A stretch of 64,000 bases of DNA from the human T2T-CHM13v2.0 reference genome, Homo sapiens: the NCBI RefSeq assembly GCF_009914755.1, contig NC_060940.1. One strand, 5' to 3'. Below, one piece after another: positions 26,512 to 41,713 of the stretch. Position 1 is the stretch's first letter; every line of letters starts with the position of its first letter. The position numbers and the translations under genes were made by a program. The notes below the pieces were generated by a model. The model did no database searches, had not been told where the DNA came from, and worked only from the letters and a program-made list of their open reading frames with translations.

Positions 26512-28949
26512 TAACTATGACACCCTGGATATACAATATAATGTTATATAACAAGGGGTTATAAAAACCTAGGAAAAGGTCTTCAGGCATCTTCAGAAAT
26601 AGTTTCCTTCTATACCCACCTCCTTTTCTGGTTCTAATTTCTTTCACACTTAGATGTCTATAAGAATCTGTGCACCAGGTCCCTTGGCCAGGATTCAGAT
26701 TACTCAGTGACACAGATGAGCTTTGGTGCCAGAAATTCAGAAGATACGGACAACAGTTGTTACTAGCACATCTCGGCATTTAACTAACAGGAAAGCCAGA
26801 CTCAGAATGCACTGTACCCACATACACATAAGTTGTATCACTGTTCCCAGGGTTATGGGAACAAACAATAGATACAAGGAGGCTGATTTAAGCGCTGCCT
26901 CAACTCACCTGAGTACAAAATGATTCCTCCAGCAAAGTATTAGCCAAAGAAATAAGAGAAAACAGGAAGGCACAGCACAAGTATGTCACTAAGACGACAA
27001 AAGTAGTTACCTGAGTCCTGTCAGTACCATCCCCCAATAAACTGCCTTCTACAACTTCGAAACATATAGAAACTGCAGGATCATGTACTTAAGGAACTGC
27101 CAAGCAATCCAGACAAATGCAACACAGGCACGCAAGAGAGACATTTCACAAGTACAGATCTTCCAGGCGAAGCTTCAAGTCGTGGATAAGAAAGCATGTC
27201 TCAAAGGTCATAAAGTCAGTGGGTCATTTACTAAAAATACAAAGAAGCAAAGGAAAAGCAGCCAAGCCCAGCTGTAAGAACAGCAACTTCCCTGCCCTGG
27301 TATTTCCCCCCAGGCTCTGTTACCTTTAAAGCAGAGCTCCTTCTCTGAATTCCTACTTGCACCAATCAAACGGCTGAAGGTGAAAAGGGTCAAAACTAAG
27401 CAACGTTTTCCTAATTTCTTAAACAGATCATGAGCAAACCATGTACTAAATGTCCCCAATCAGCAATAATTTGTCTTCTCTGACGAGCTTGTGACATCCA
27501 GGGACGTACCCAACCCAGGTCATCCATACCTTGCCAGTGCCCATTACTGCTGTTTTGTTTTCCAAGAGAAAATGCCACCCAGTAATTAAATCAGAGGAAT
27601 GAAGATCCTGGCTCTTCTACTAGCATGGATAACATGCAATAAGTAACAACAGTTCTCCGCAAATCTGCCTTTAAAGGTGAGTATGACACACTGAATATAC
27701 TTGAGATATCAAAAATGTGCGGGGGCATGTTCCCCTTTGGCTCAAATGAAGACACTGATTTTCAGATCTAGCAGTAATGTGCAGCACCCCAGTGTCCTCT
27801 AGGACACACCTAACACGGGACCGGATCCCTTGGGACACAGTGGTGTGCTCCACAACATACATTTAATGGGCTGGTGCAAACCTGTAAAGTCTCTTAAAGG
27901 TCTAACGCGTTAGGATTCTCTTTAAGAATCCAGTAAATTTTGTCCCCAGTTCTGCCTGTCATTAAGCAGGAGGTATTGTCTTCTGCTGCCTAACTTTGCT
28001 ATGGATCTTTTAATCCAATGTTTCCAGCAGCAACATAATCACGAGAAACTGTAGCACACTTTTCAGGGTCTAGTCTAGGACAAGCACAGCATACATGTTC
28101 TGAGAGGAATGACATAGATGGAAGCAAGACATGTTACATCCTTGTCACTTGGAAACAATTTTAGAATTTCTGCCTGTTTGGCCACGGCTGCATTCCTTTA
28201 CATCACCCAGCTGAGAAGTCTGGGTCTTCAGCCTGTGCGAATGACAGTGCGTGGCAGAGCTAAAACTAGGCTAAAACATGAGTGCTGCTGTTACTCTACA
28301 TGCCACAGCGCACTCACATCACCCCGAATCGGACTTAAGAAATTACACGTTAAGAGGAGACAGAGCAGGGGCCAGAAAAAAAAAGATGAAAACGGCCCGG
28401 GCCAGGCTCGCTGGGGACAGCCGGGACCCGCGGCGGCCTCGGACCGGCACCCTCACCGCGGGCGGAAACCCGTCTCTGAGCACTCAGGGAATCTGGACAA
28501 ACCTGTCTCGAGGTGATGCAAGGCGGGGGCCCTGTCCTGGCCTCGCAGCTAGCTCGATGCTGGCCCGGGAGCCGCGGGCCCCTCCAGTGGGGGGGCTCTG
28601 GGGCCCGGCGACGCCCCCTTAACCAGAGCTCGGGGTCGGGACCCGGCCGGGGAGGGCGGGCACGGGCCGGGGCGAGCCAGCTGGGCCCCCCTCTCCCTCG
28701 GGCCGGGCCAGCCCAGCTCCAGCCGCAGTCCCCAGCAGCAGTCCCGGGCTGCGAGGCGGCCAGCGCAGCAGGTGCCTGCAAACGCGCACAGGTGCCCGGC
28801 CCCGCCTCCGTGTCCCACTGCGGCCGCCGTCGCCGAGTCGCGAGCGCCTAGAAAGATGGACAAATGCCGGGCCCGTGGAGGCTGGCGGCCAGATTTACAG
28901 ACACCTCAGCCCTCGCGTACCCACCAGCCTGCCGGGCAGTAAGCCTCAC

Positions 28950-29030
28950 CCCAGTGCCTTCAATGCAGAGCTCCTGGCTGCCAAGCGCCGCCGCGGCCCG
29001 ACAGCATCTCCCGCCGCAGCGCCAGCCCTG
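28950..29030 (-). other. AKTIP: AKTIP non-coding exon 1 (TSS approximate)
   Basis: Donor TGGG|gtgagg at 28950/28949 inside the CpG island, directly downstream of a GC-box array. Confidence 0.65.
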
Positions 29031-29042
29031 CCCCTGCTTGAT

Positions 29043-29080
29043 CCCCGCCCCGCCCCACCCCGCCCCGCCCTGCCCTGCCC
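29043..29080 (-). promoter_or_regulatory. GC-box (SP/KLF) array, G-quadruplex-capable
   Basis: + strand ccccgccccgccccaccccgccccgccctgccctgccc, i.e. eight G-runs on the - strand. Confidence 0.75.
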
Positions 29081-30639
29081 TCGGCAGCGGGCTCCGCCCC
29101 CTGCTGCACGATCCTGGGGCCCGAGGCTTCCGCCTGGCCTCCCGGCGCCAACTGGCTCTCACACCTGCCCGTCAAAGACGTTCTTCCGGGGGCGTTGGGA
29201 AGAACACACTCGGTCCTGCAAATCAAATCACCCCGGTTTGGGTGGGACTGCACTTGACCCTCCCCTTACGTAACAGCGCCTGGGACGGCCTGTCAGTCAT
29301 GGAAGTATCGGCCCCCCGGGGAGGGATGGGGCAGAGACAAACAAGCGCCGGGTCACAATTGGCCAGGGCGTCTGCCAGTCACCACGGAGACCTTCCCGGA
29401 GGTTTATTCGCACAGCCCACAGCGCAACCGCCATGCGCAGGGGCTGGGGCATACGCTAACGTCTGCGAGCCAAGCTTTTGGGGAGGGCCGGGCCGCGCGA
29501 CTGCCCAGTGGCTCCCATCGCTAGGTCCTACTGCGTTGGGCGGCGCTGCGAGGCCCGAGGCCGCCACGTCGGGCCCACAGGGTACCAGGGGTCAGAAGGA
29601 CACTTGGCGTGGCATCAAGAAACGCCTGTTCTCTCCATCAGTGCAGGAGCTGAAGGCTGGAGCTGAAGGGAGCTCAGCTCCAAGTGGGCCCTGGGCACTA
29701 GAGCAGCCAGAGGAGCTTTGTAAATCTGTGTGTGTCGGCCCCGACCTGCAGCATCCGAGTGGGGGCCGGGGGCTGGGGGGAGGGGGGAGGCTGAGGACCA
29801 GGAATCCACATCTGTCACAGTTCGCTGCTGATTCTGGCGCACACTGAAGTTGGAGAACCTCTCCCATAGCAACATAGTTCCTGGTCTTTTTTTTTTTTTT
29901 TTTTTTAAATTCACACGCTCTCATTTGGACCTCCCGTCTGCTTTCCCATGGAGGTCTCTCTCTGGCCTAATTCTGTGACTGCTGCCAGCTGCTTTCCAGG
30001 CCTGTTCTTACCAACGGTGCCTCCCCGTGGTTAGTCCGTCCAGTCTCGGCACTCCACTTCCACACTTGCGCGACAGCCCTCTCCCCGCAAGCCCCTGCCC
30101 CTTTTCTAGACACCAGAGGCACTGACCTGTCTGTGACACCGCCTCAGTGTCTTACACTCAGAAGCCGCATTCTCTGGCCGGGTTGTTTGGTCCATTTTTG
30201 GTTGCCTCTGAGATTCTGGTAAGTGACTTATTAAAGGGCAGGAAGCCAAATTCTCCTGATGTTAATCCCAAGGGTTGGTTCTGAAACCCAGCTTCCTCCC
30301 CTAGCTGAAAACACTTCTGAGCCACTTCCTTTTGTCCCCTTAGGACACATTTAGGAATGTTATCATGCCTTTTAATACGAGTCTTAATACAGAAAGGCAG
30401 GCAAGCAGGAAATCCTTTTTTCAGGCCACAGGTGGTCTCCTTTGGCACCTCTGTGGCCCATTTCCTCCCAATCTTCTTTGAAGCTCATTATCCTCTGCAA
30501 AGCTTTTTTTCTGCTTTCCTCCTTTCCCCAACCTTCAGTTTTCACCGAGGACCCACATAGGTATTTCTCCAGCTCACATCTATCCACTGAGCTTCCAATG
30601 CATGTCATCAACTGCGTACTTGGCACCGGATGACTCAGA

Positions 30640-31010
30640 CGCACACCAGCATCAGACTGCACATGGCAGGAAAGCCAACTCAAACCGGCTTACTTAGCAA
30701 GGGGATTTCTCTCCCATGGGAGGATTGTCTCCAGAGGTGGTGCCCTGGTCTTCAGGCTCTGCTTTCCTTGCAGTCCCTGGAATTGCACTTTCAGGCTGGT
30801 AGCAAGATGGCCGCGGCACACCCAGGATCTCACAAAATTAAAAGTATCCCTTTCTTCCAGTGGTCCCTTTTGAAATACATGACTACCTTTCCCAGAAGCT
30901 CCGCAGAAGAAATGCCTGCAGGTTTCAATGGCCAGAAGTAAGTCTCTGGCCACAACGAAACCCAGTCAACGGCAAGTGGAAGGAGTCCGCCATGATCGAC
31001 TTGGGCTGAG
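30640..31010. mobile_element. Old ERVL LTR relic (LTR33-like)
   Basis: aactcaaaccggctta and gcaagatggccgc segments resemble LTR33; highly diverged. Confidence 0.35.
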
Positions 31011-31029
31011 ATTTTCCCTAGATCTCTGC

Positions 31030-32030
31030 CTGGACTTTAGGCAGAGGAGAGCCATGATCAGATTTGTATTTTGAAAACATCACTTTGTGCGGAAAACAGA
31101 TTGTAGGGGCACAAGGCTCACGGGGCAGTTGAGGAACCATGGCAGTAGTTCAGGCAACAGAGAATCGCATGAATTTGAAGGTAGAGATGGAGAATTGAAT
31201 GAGTTCCAGAGATGTTTAAGACGGGATGATATAGTTTGGATATGGTTTGACCCTTCCAAACCTCATATTGAAATGTGACCCCCAATGTTGAAAGTGGGGC
31301 CTGGTGGGAGTATTTGGGTCATGGAGGCTGATCCCTCATGAAAGGCTTGGTGCTGTCCTGGCAGTAGTGAGTTCTTGGCAGTAGTGAGTGAGTTCTATTA
31401 GTTCCCGAGAGAATTGATTGTCAAAAAGAGCCTGTCACCTTCTCCTCCCCTGACCACTGCTCTCTCTCTTGCCAAATGATTCCTGCTGGCCTCTCCCTCT
31501 GCCATGAATGGAAGCTTCCTGAGGTCCTCACCAGAAGATGCTGGTGCCATGCTTCTTATACTTAGTTGCCTCTGTCTTTCATTTGACATATATTTATTGC
31601 ATGCTTAATGACATCTAGGCTTTAAATGCTGGGGAGGCGTTGGAGAACAAAACAGACATTGTTCCTCCTCATGGAGCTACGGGAGATAGATGCTAATCAA
31701 GTCATCTCCCAAATCAATGGCTAATTGCCCCAAGGAAGTGGACAATGAGCTGAATAAACCTCTTTTTAAAAATAAATGACCCAGCCTCAGGTATTCCTTT
31801 ATAGCAACACTGATGGATTCATACAGGTGGGGTGGACAGAGCTTGGCCATGGACTAGGTATGGGGGATGAAGAGGCAGATATGGCTGACACCTAGATTTT
31901 TAGCATGAGCTACAGGATGGATGGTGAGGCCATTCACTGAGGTGACAAACAGTGAACCACAAGCAGGTTTGGGACAGTGGGAAATGGGAAAATCTGGGTT
32001 GTGTTTTGGGTAGGTATGTTTGGGGTGTTT
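31030..32030 (-). mobile_element. L2 relic hosting the MST LTR
   Basis: atgatcagatttgtattttgaaa; gatggatggtgaggccattcactgag. Confidence 0.6.
31227..31825 (+). mobile_element. MST-family (MSTB-like) solo LTR with an internal insertion of about 180 bp
   Basis: TGATATAGTTTGG start and cccagcctcaggtattcctttatagcaac...ataca end. Confidence 0.8.
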
Positions 32031-32129
32031 CTGTAAGCACTATTGCCTGTATACCTAATACCCACTTCTCCCTTTTTCATTGCTGACAGAACCTCCATTT
32101 TCTTGAGGAATTTAAGCCCTTCAGTGGTT

Positions 32130-32495
32130 CCCCATTGGGCAAAGACCAAACTCCTCACCATGGCTGTGTCCCAGCCCCAGGTGGCTGCAGACTCCAGCCA
32201 CTCTGACATTCTTCCAGTTCCTTGGAAGGGAGTTGCTCCCCTACCTGCCCTGCCACAAAAGGGGCCTTCGCAGTGAACGTTCCCTTTGCCCAGTTCATTC
32301 TCTTCAATCCCCTACACAGATCTCAGCTCTAACACTACTTCCTTGGGGGCAATTTGCTGTTGATTTGGGAGATTATTAGTGTCTGTCTCCCACACTGTAA
32401 GCTCCTGAGGAGGAACCATTTTTTTGCTTTCTATTGTCTCCCCGGCACCCAAGAGCTAGATGTTGTAGGCATGCAATAAATATTTGCCAAATGAA
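32130..32495 (+). mobile_element. L2 3' end
   Basis: gtctgtctcccacactgtaagctcctgag...caataaatatttg...aatgaa. Confidence 0.65.
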
Positions 32496-34304
32496 GGACA
32501 GAAGAAACAAAAGTACATTTGAAACACCTACCTGCACGCCCACAGGTCTGCACCAAGAAAGCAACTCATTATGAAAATCAGGATGATTTATTCAAAGGGA
32601 AATGAGGAGGTGGCCTCAAGGTACCATTTCTTTAAGACTAAAACATAAAGTGCTGAGAAAAATCTCAATGGACCCAAAACCTTACCTATAAAACATTTTA
32701 AATCGCTTCATATTACATTTCCTATTCTCAATTTTTGAAGCATATTTGATATATTTGCACCAAAAGGTTCTTTTTGCATCCAGACTTAATAGATATGTGA
32801 TCTCTGAGTATTCAGGACTTCTGCTCATGTTCTAATCAGCAAAATATTCCCTGAATCATACATCTTTTGGACTCCGGAAAAGTAACTGTACAAAGCTGTT
32901 TAGATCACTGACTTAACTATTAAAGGCCTTCACAGAAAGAAGGAAAGGATAAAATGTTGAAGGTTGTTAAAATACATATGTTTTATACACAGGCACACAT
33001 ATAAGCCGATGTTTTTAGCGCAATCCATTTGCCCCCAAGTCCTTTTCTGAAAAGTAGATTCCTGTATACATGTCACTGATTACATATACTGTTCAAAATA
33101 TGGGAGGATGATCTAGCTATACATATTAATGTCTTTGAAAAAATATACTTAGCACATTAAAGCCATTATTTTATGGGTAATAATGTTTAGGATGAGACCA
33201 AAGTAGGCATTTAATGTTGTTGTTTTTTTTAAGTAAATGGATTTAAGGGAGATCAGATAGTTGTCCTATAGTTAACAATGATCCTCAGACAAGACAGAAA
33301 TCACAAACTTTTAAGAATTATTGAAGGTTTAGAAATGCTGCTATAGACGGATGATGTGGCTTTTTTCCTTTCCATAGCCTCATCGAGCGATACGGTTCTT
33401 GCTTATAACATCACACATGTGCTTCCAGGTTTTGGTTGCATCATGTTTTCCTCCCTATCCCATTACCCATAACTCCTATCCCTGAGCAAGTGGGTGGGCG
33501 GGTGGAGGAATGAATTTTACAGACAGACTACAACATTTCAAAATGAAATCAGGGTAGCTGATGGACCACTGCGGATATTTATGTCTTAAGGAAAAGCAAC
33601 CAATATATGATACGGCTGCTCATTCAGGGCTGAAGAGAACTGATTTCCTTTTATAATCAAACAGCATTTTGAACGTGGTCTGACACCGCAAATAATCCCC
33701 ACTCCCTCAGCACGCTGATGACTGTACCCACAGCCATAAGAGCAGTGTTCTCTTTGATTCAGTTTATCTTTGGGAAACCACTTCACTCTGTGGTCTCAAA
33801 GCATTTGGAATGATGATAAAGGCTTGAGTTAGTTTTATCTAGAGTGGCACACTCAGAAAACCAAAGAGAGAGAAAGCAATACTCTTTCAGGGAAGGGTAC
33901 TATTCCAGGCACAGACACCTTTTCTTTCTTGCAATAGGTAAATGGTGATTCCGTGAACGATAGGGAAGCTCAGTGATCTCGAGAGTCACCCACCCAAAGC
34001 AAATGACACCGTGACCATCATTTATTCTAATATTTTACTATAAAAATGTTCAGTCATACCGAAGAGTAGAGGACAACAAACTCCCTTACACTCACCATCT
34101 AGATTCAACAATGTTAATGTTTTGCCGTATTTCATCTATTAGTTTTCCTCCTGAGTCATTTAAAAATAAGTTGCCGTCATCATGTCCTTCCCTCCTTAGT
34201 GCTTCCCAGGGTGTTTCTCTTCAGAGCAAGGACATTCCCTTACAGAACTACACTGCCACAGCCACCCCTAAGAAAATTCACTCCACATTCCTAGACTTTG
34301 TATG

Positions 34305-34577
34305 CTTTTTTTTTGTTTTTTGAGACACAATCTTGCTCTGTTGCCCTTGCTGGAGTGCAGTGTCTCACTGCAACCTCAGCATACTGGGCTCAAGCAATCC
34401 TCCCACCTTAGCCTCCCGAGTAACTGGGACTACAGGTGCATACCACCACACCGAGCTGACTTTTGTATTTTTTTGTAGACACAGGGATGCGCCCTGTTGG
34501 CCAGGCTGGTCTCAAAATATGCCGACTTCGGCCTCCCAAAGTGCTGGGATTACAGGCCTGAGCCACCGCACCTAGCC
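34305..34577 (-). mobile_element. AluJ-like
   Basis: Diverged dimer with small deletions. Confidence 0.85.
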
Positions 34578-34631
34578 TTCAGACCTATTAAAATTGCCCT
34601 AATTGTCACACACCAAGAAAACACTTTTATG

Positions 34632-34984
34632 GTTAAGGACGGAATGTTTATCTCTTCAAAATTTATATGTTGAAAACGTAATAACTAATGTAATGGTATT
34701 TGGAGGTGAAGCCTTTTGGAGATGACTGGGTTATGAGTTAGTCATACATGGGATTTGTGCCCTTATAAAAGGGACCCCAGAGAGCGATCTTCCTTCTTCC
34801 ACCACATGAGGACACAGTGAGAAGATGCTATCCCTGAAGAAGCAAGAACTCACCAGACTCCTAAACTGCCAGCACCTTGCTCTCAGACTTCCCAGCCCCC
34901 AGGACTATGAGAAATAAATTTCTGCTGTTTATAAGCTGCCCAGTTTATGGTATTTTGTTATAGCAGTCCAAACAGACTAAGACA
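34632..34984 (+). mobile_element. MLT1A-like solo LTR
   Basis: ccttataaaagggacccc...gagaaataaatttctg...tatggtattttgttatagcag...actaagaca. Confidence 0.8.
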
Positions 34985-35309
34985 GTTATTTTTCTAAACC
35001 AGGATTCAATCAAGATTCAGTCATTGCATTTGGTTATATCCCTTTAATCTCTATTCTAGAACAGCCCTCCCACTTTTTCCTCCCAATAATATTGACAATT
35101 TGAACCGGTCAACAGATCAGAGTATTCCGCATTTTGGATTTGGCTGTTTTCTTGTGATGTTTAACTTGATCCTCTATCCTTGTATTTCCTATAAACTGTC
35201 AGGTGTGAAGGCTTGATTGGATTCGTCATTTTTGGCAGGAGTGCTTCATGGGTGAGAAGCTTATTGTGGCTCCTCGAGCTGTCTACAGGGTCTCCCTTTG
35301 TCCTCCAGG

Positions 35310-35577
35310 ATAGAGTGCAGTGTTGCGGTCATAGCTCACTGCAATGTCAAACTCCTGGGCTCAAGCAATCCTCCTGCCACAGCCTTCTGAGTAGCTGGGA
35401 CCACAGGTGTGTACCACTACCTCACCCAGCTAATTTTTTTCTTTTTTTTTTTTTTTTGTAGAGATGGGGGCTTTACCATGTTGCCCAGGTTGGTTTCAAA
35501 CTCCAGGCCTCAAGCCATCTTCCTGTATTGGCCTCCCAAAGTGCTGGGGTTACAGATGTGAGCCATCGCGCCTGGCT
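35310..35577 (-). mobile_element. AluJ-like (tail missing)
   Basis: Diverged dimer. Confidence 0.85.
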
Positions 35578-36427
35578 GGAGCCACTGATTTAGTAAGAAT
35601 TGCATCCTAATGGTTTTGCATGAACCAACGATTAAAAACAGAAATGTAGTCTGCTAAGAAAAGTTATCTGAATATCTGGAACTGTACAATAATGAGCAAA
35701 TAATGAGGCTTCCAGGAGAGTATTAGGGTCATTCCTACTTCCCACTTATAAGACTGACTTCCTGTCAATAACTTTGTTATTATGAATGTCGAGTCCATAA
35801 CAGACTTATTCTCGTGGCCCTTGCTGCCTACTTCATGCTAGCCAAGTCGAATCCAGTTTTAAAATACGCCGGATGCAGTGCAGGAGACACTAAGTGGCGA
35901 ACTGCGGTTGCCGTGCTGCTGAACTTCAGTGAGGGAAGCCCCGGCCCGGGTGGGTGGTTACGCATTCCGCACCCGGTATTGCCGCATCCGACCTCTGGCC
36001 AAGTCAGGCCTCAGGTCCCTGATAACTGGTGTGCCCTAAACTCGCTCTGCAGAACGTCCTTTTTTTTTTTTTCCTCTAATGTGACAAGGTACAAAACATT
36101 CCCTAATGTGCCCGAGAAGAGGAAATAAAGACTGCTGGAAAGAATGCTAAAGCCAGGCACACAGCTTTTTCCTCTGGGAATGTGAATAACACAGCAAACG
36201 TGACCGCAGAGAGGCAGTGGCTGTACATCCTACTGGGCTCGCATGAGTGTCATTTGTATTTTTCTCAGTCACAGGCGGCGGCTTCTCTTGACACCATTTA
36301 GATGGCCCTTTCAGAAGACACTTAGCGGGTCAACTTTCCCTTGTTCTAACTCAGCTCCAGCCTGGGAAGATGCTGGGTGCGGTTGAGGAATCCACGGGTT
36401 AGGGAACTCCGCCTGGCGGGTGCTTGA

Positions 36428-36441
36428 GTGCCCTCTGGTGG
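36428..36441 (-). promoter_or_regulatory. CTCF-like motif CCACCAGAGGGCAC
   Basis: Close match to the CTCF core consensus, in a CpG-enriched non-repeat block. Confidence 0.6.
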
Positions 36442-37956
36442 GCAATAGGAAGAATGCAAGTAGCAAAGCCGAAATTATCTTCTCAAGTTGCTCATACAGA
36501 TTTTAAACAAACTGCTTCCCTTAAAAGAAAAAGAAATCCTAAGTCTACATTGGCATTCCTAAAAATCATTCCTAAAAGTTTTATATTTTCCTTAACCAAA
36601 GGGTTGAATAGTCTCAAGCAGGGTAGCATCTCCACCAAAGGTTTGAGTACATGGAGATGAGGGGTGGATTCAAGGAAAACATTTTTACTGAGCCTTCCAC
36701 CTAAGACGCCTTAAAGATCCTGTAAGAAGCCATTCCGCAGGGTTGCCACACCTGAGGAAATTCAGACCTTTAGCCCCCAGAATCTCCCCATCTACAACTA
36801 CATCTCTCCCTCCACATCAAAAGCAAACCTTGGAATCTTCATTCCCTAAATATAAATGACTGAGTTTAATCCTTCCACATACGTTAGGACTTAAAGCCCT
36901 GCATTAAAGAGATCAATCAATAATGGTGGAGTTTCCAGTACTGGCCCAGGGCATAATGACAAATTCTCTCCTCCATCACAGATGGTCCGAGGAAATGAGG
37001 GGATGGTGAAGGGACTGGGGAGAGGCTAGGGGCTGTGAGAAGCGGGGATCACTACACCCCTCCCCGAGGCTCCACGCTTACACTATGTAGGAGCATGGTA
37101 ACATGGCCTAGGTTGAAGGCCAGCCCCAAATTTGCCCACGCAATTAAGGATGAGGTATGTAAATGGGGACACAGCATCTCTGAGCAAGGTGTGTTTAGGT
37201 GGAAATCAGGGGTGGAGGTGTCACTGGGGAGGTGCAACATTCCTAGTGACACAAGTCACTGAGGAACCAGGCCATCACCCAAGGGTCATGTGACCCAGCT
37301 TCTCAGGACAAATATTTATTTAGTCACTGACCAAATAGAGCCACTGGGCTGTCAGTATTAGTGGAGTCAGGCAGGAAAACAGATGAAGCCAGGTGGTGAG
37401 CCCTCTGGGGCCAAAGAGAGTGTGGGAGAGCTCCCTCAGCCCCCAACCACCACCTGTCCATATCCTCATGATGGGCCCCGGTGCTTCCTGGGGTGCCTCT
37501 ACCTTAAGTCACATGGCATGGGGCATGGTAGGTGACCCCGTTTAGCCTCTGCTTATCTTCCCTTCTGTAACAGCCACAGCCACCCGTGTCGGAGGCAGCC
37601 CTTCTAGAAATGTGAGCTGATTAGAGAGTGTGCCGCTATTGCTTCCTGACCAGAAATATCGCTCTCCAGCAAAGGGCAAGGTCGCACATGGACAGAGGGC
37701 AGCAGGGGGAGCAAAGGTTACACCACAAAACAGGCAACCCCCAAATCGTTCCCACACCTCCACTGCTACTACCCTGGTTTGAGCAACCGTGCCCTATGCC
37801 CCTTGGCCTGGGTGAGGGTGCCAGACTCCTTGCTGGGCTCTGCCTCCCCTCCATCCTTCTCATCTGCCCTCAGCGTGGCCAGCAGTGTGACCACGCTGAA
37901 CCTGGGTCAGGTCAGGTCACTTTCTGCTTAGACCCCTCTGGAGGTTCCCCATCTCA

Positions 37957-38316
<360 letters not shown>

Positions 38317-38317
38317 C

Positions 38318-40916
<2,599 letters not shown>

Positions 40917-40921
40917 AAACC

Positions 40922-41166
40922 CAAGAGGAAATTTAGACACACACAGAGGCACAAGGGACCTGCACTCAAAGAACGATGACCACAGGAAGAGACAGCAAGG
41001 GAATGGCCATCTGCAAGCCAGGGACACAGGCCTTAGGGGAGGAAACCAACCCTGCCAGCACCTTGATCTTGGACTTTCAGCCTCCAGAACTGTGAGAAAA
41101 TAAGTTTCTGTTGCATGAGCCACCCCGTGGGTGGTACTTTGTTACCATGGCCCTAACAGACCAATA
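40922..41166 (+). mobile_element. MLT1 (A/B-like) LTR, 3' portion
   Basis: gccatctgcaagcc...accttgatcttggactttcagcctccagaactgtgagaaaataa. Confidence 0.75.
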
Positions 41167-41365
41167 GGGCCCTGTAAGTATTTGTTGACTGGAAAGCTGG
41201 AAATGACTGCCTCCTCTGCAGCTGCGGATGAGCCTCATTGTTTTTCTTCTTCCTGTATTAAGATGAGCGTCCACTGTGCAGTCCTCACTCCTGAGGAATC
41301 TGCTGACCACAGGAAGAGCCAAACTGTGATTAGGAGGTTTCCCCACAGTCTGTATCAAAGTGTAG

Positions 41366-41713
<348 letters not shown>

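Larger units (their letters stand above)
28390..29600. promoter_or_regulatory. AKTIP: CpG island / AKTIP promoter
   Basis: Very high GC and CpG density relative to flanks; GC boxes 29043-29100; ETS-like CTTCCGG near 29183; TTACGTAA 29266-29273. Confidence 0.9.
34030..35280 (-). mobile_element. Old L1 (MC/ME) relic split by an Alu and MLT1A
   Basis: gattcaacaatgttaatgttttgcc; ccaggattcaatcaag...cattgcatttggtt. Confidence 0.5.

Noticed and set aside
27005-27530. Donor-like sites in AKTIP intron 1 (CAG|gtaac, AAG|gtaaca, AAG|gtatgg)
   Set aside because: No convincing paired acceptors found by eye; cassette exons cannot be supported without RNA data
28864-29847. 327-aa + strand ORF and other 100-143 aa ORFs in the CpG island
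   Set aside because: Stop codons are rare in GC-rich DNA; the products are low-complexity A/P/G/R with no recognisable domain, and long ORFs overlap in several frames
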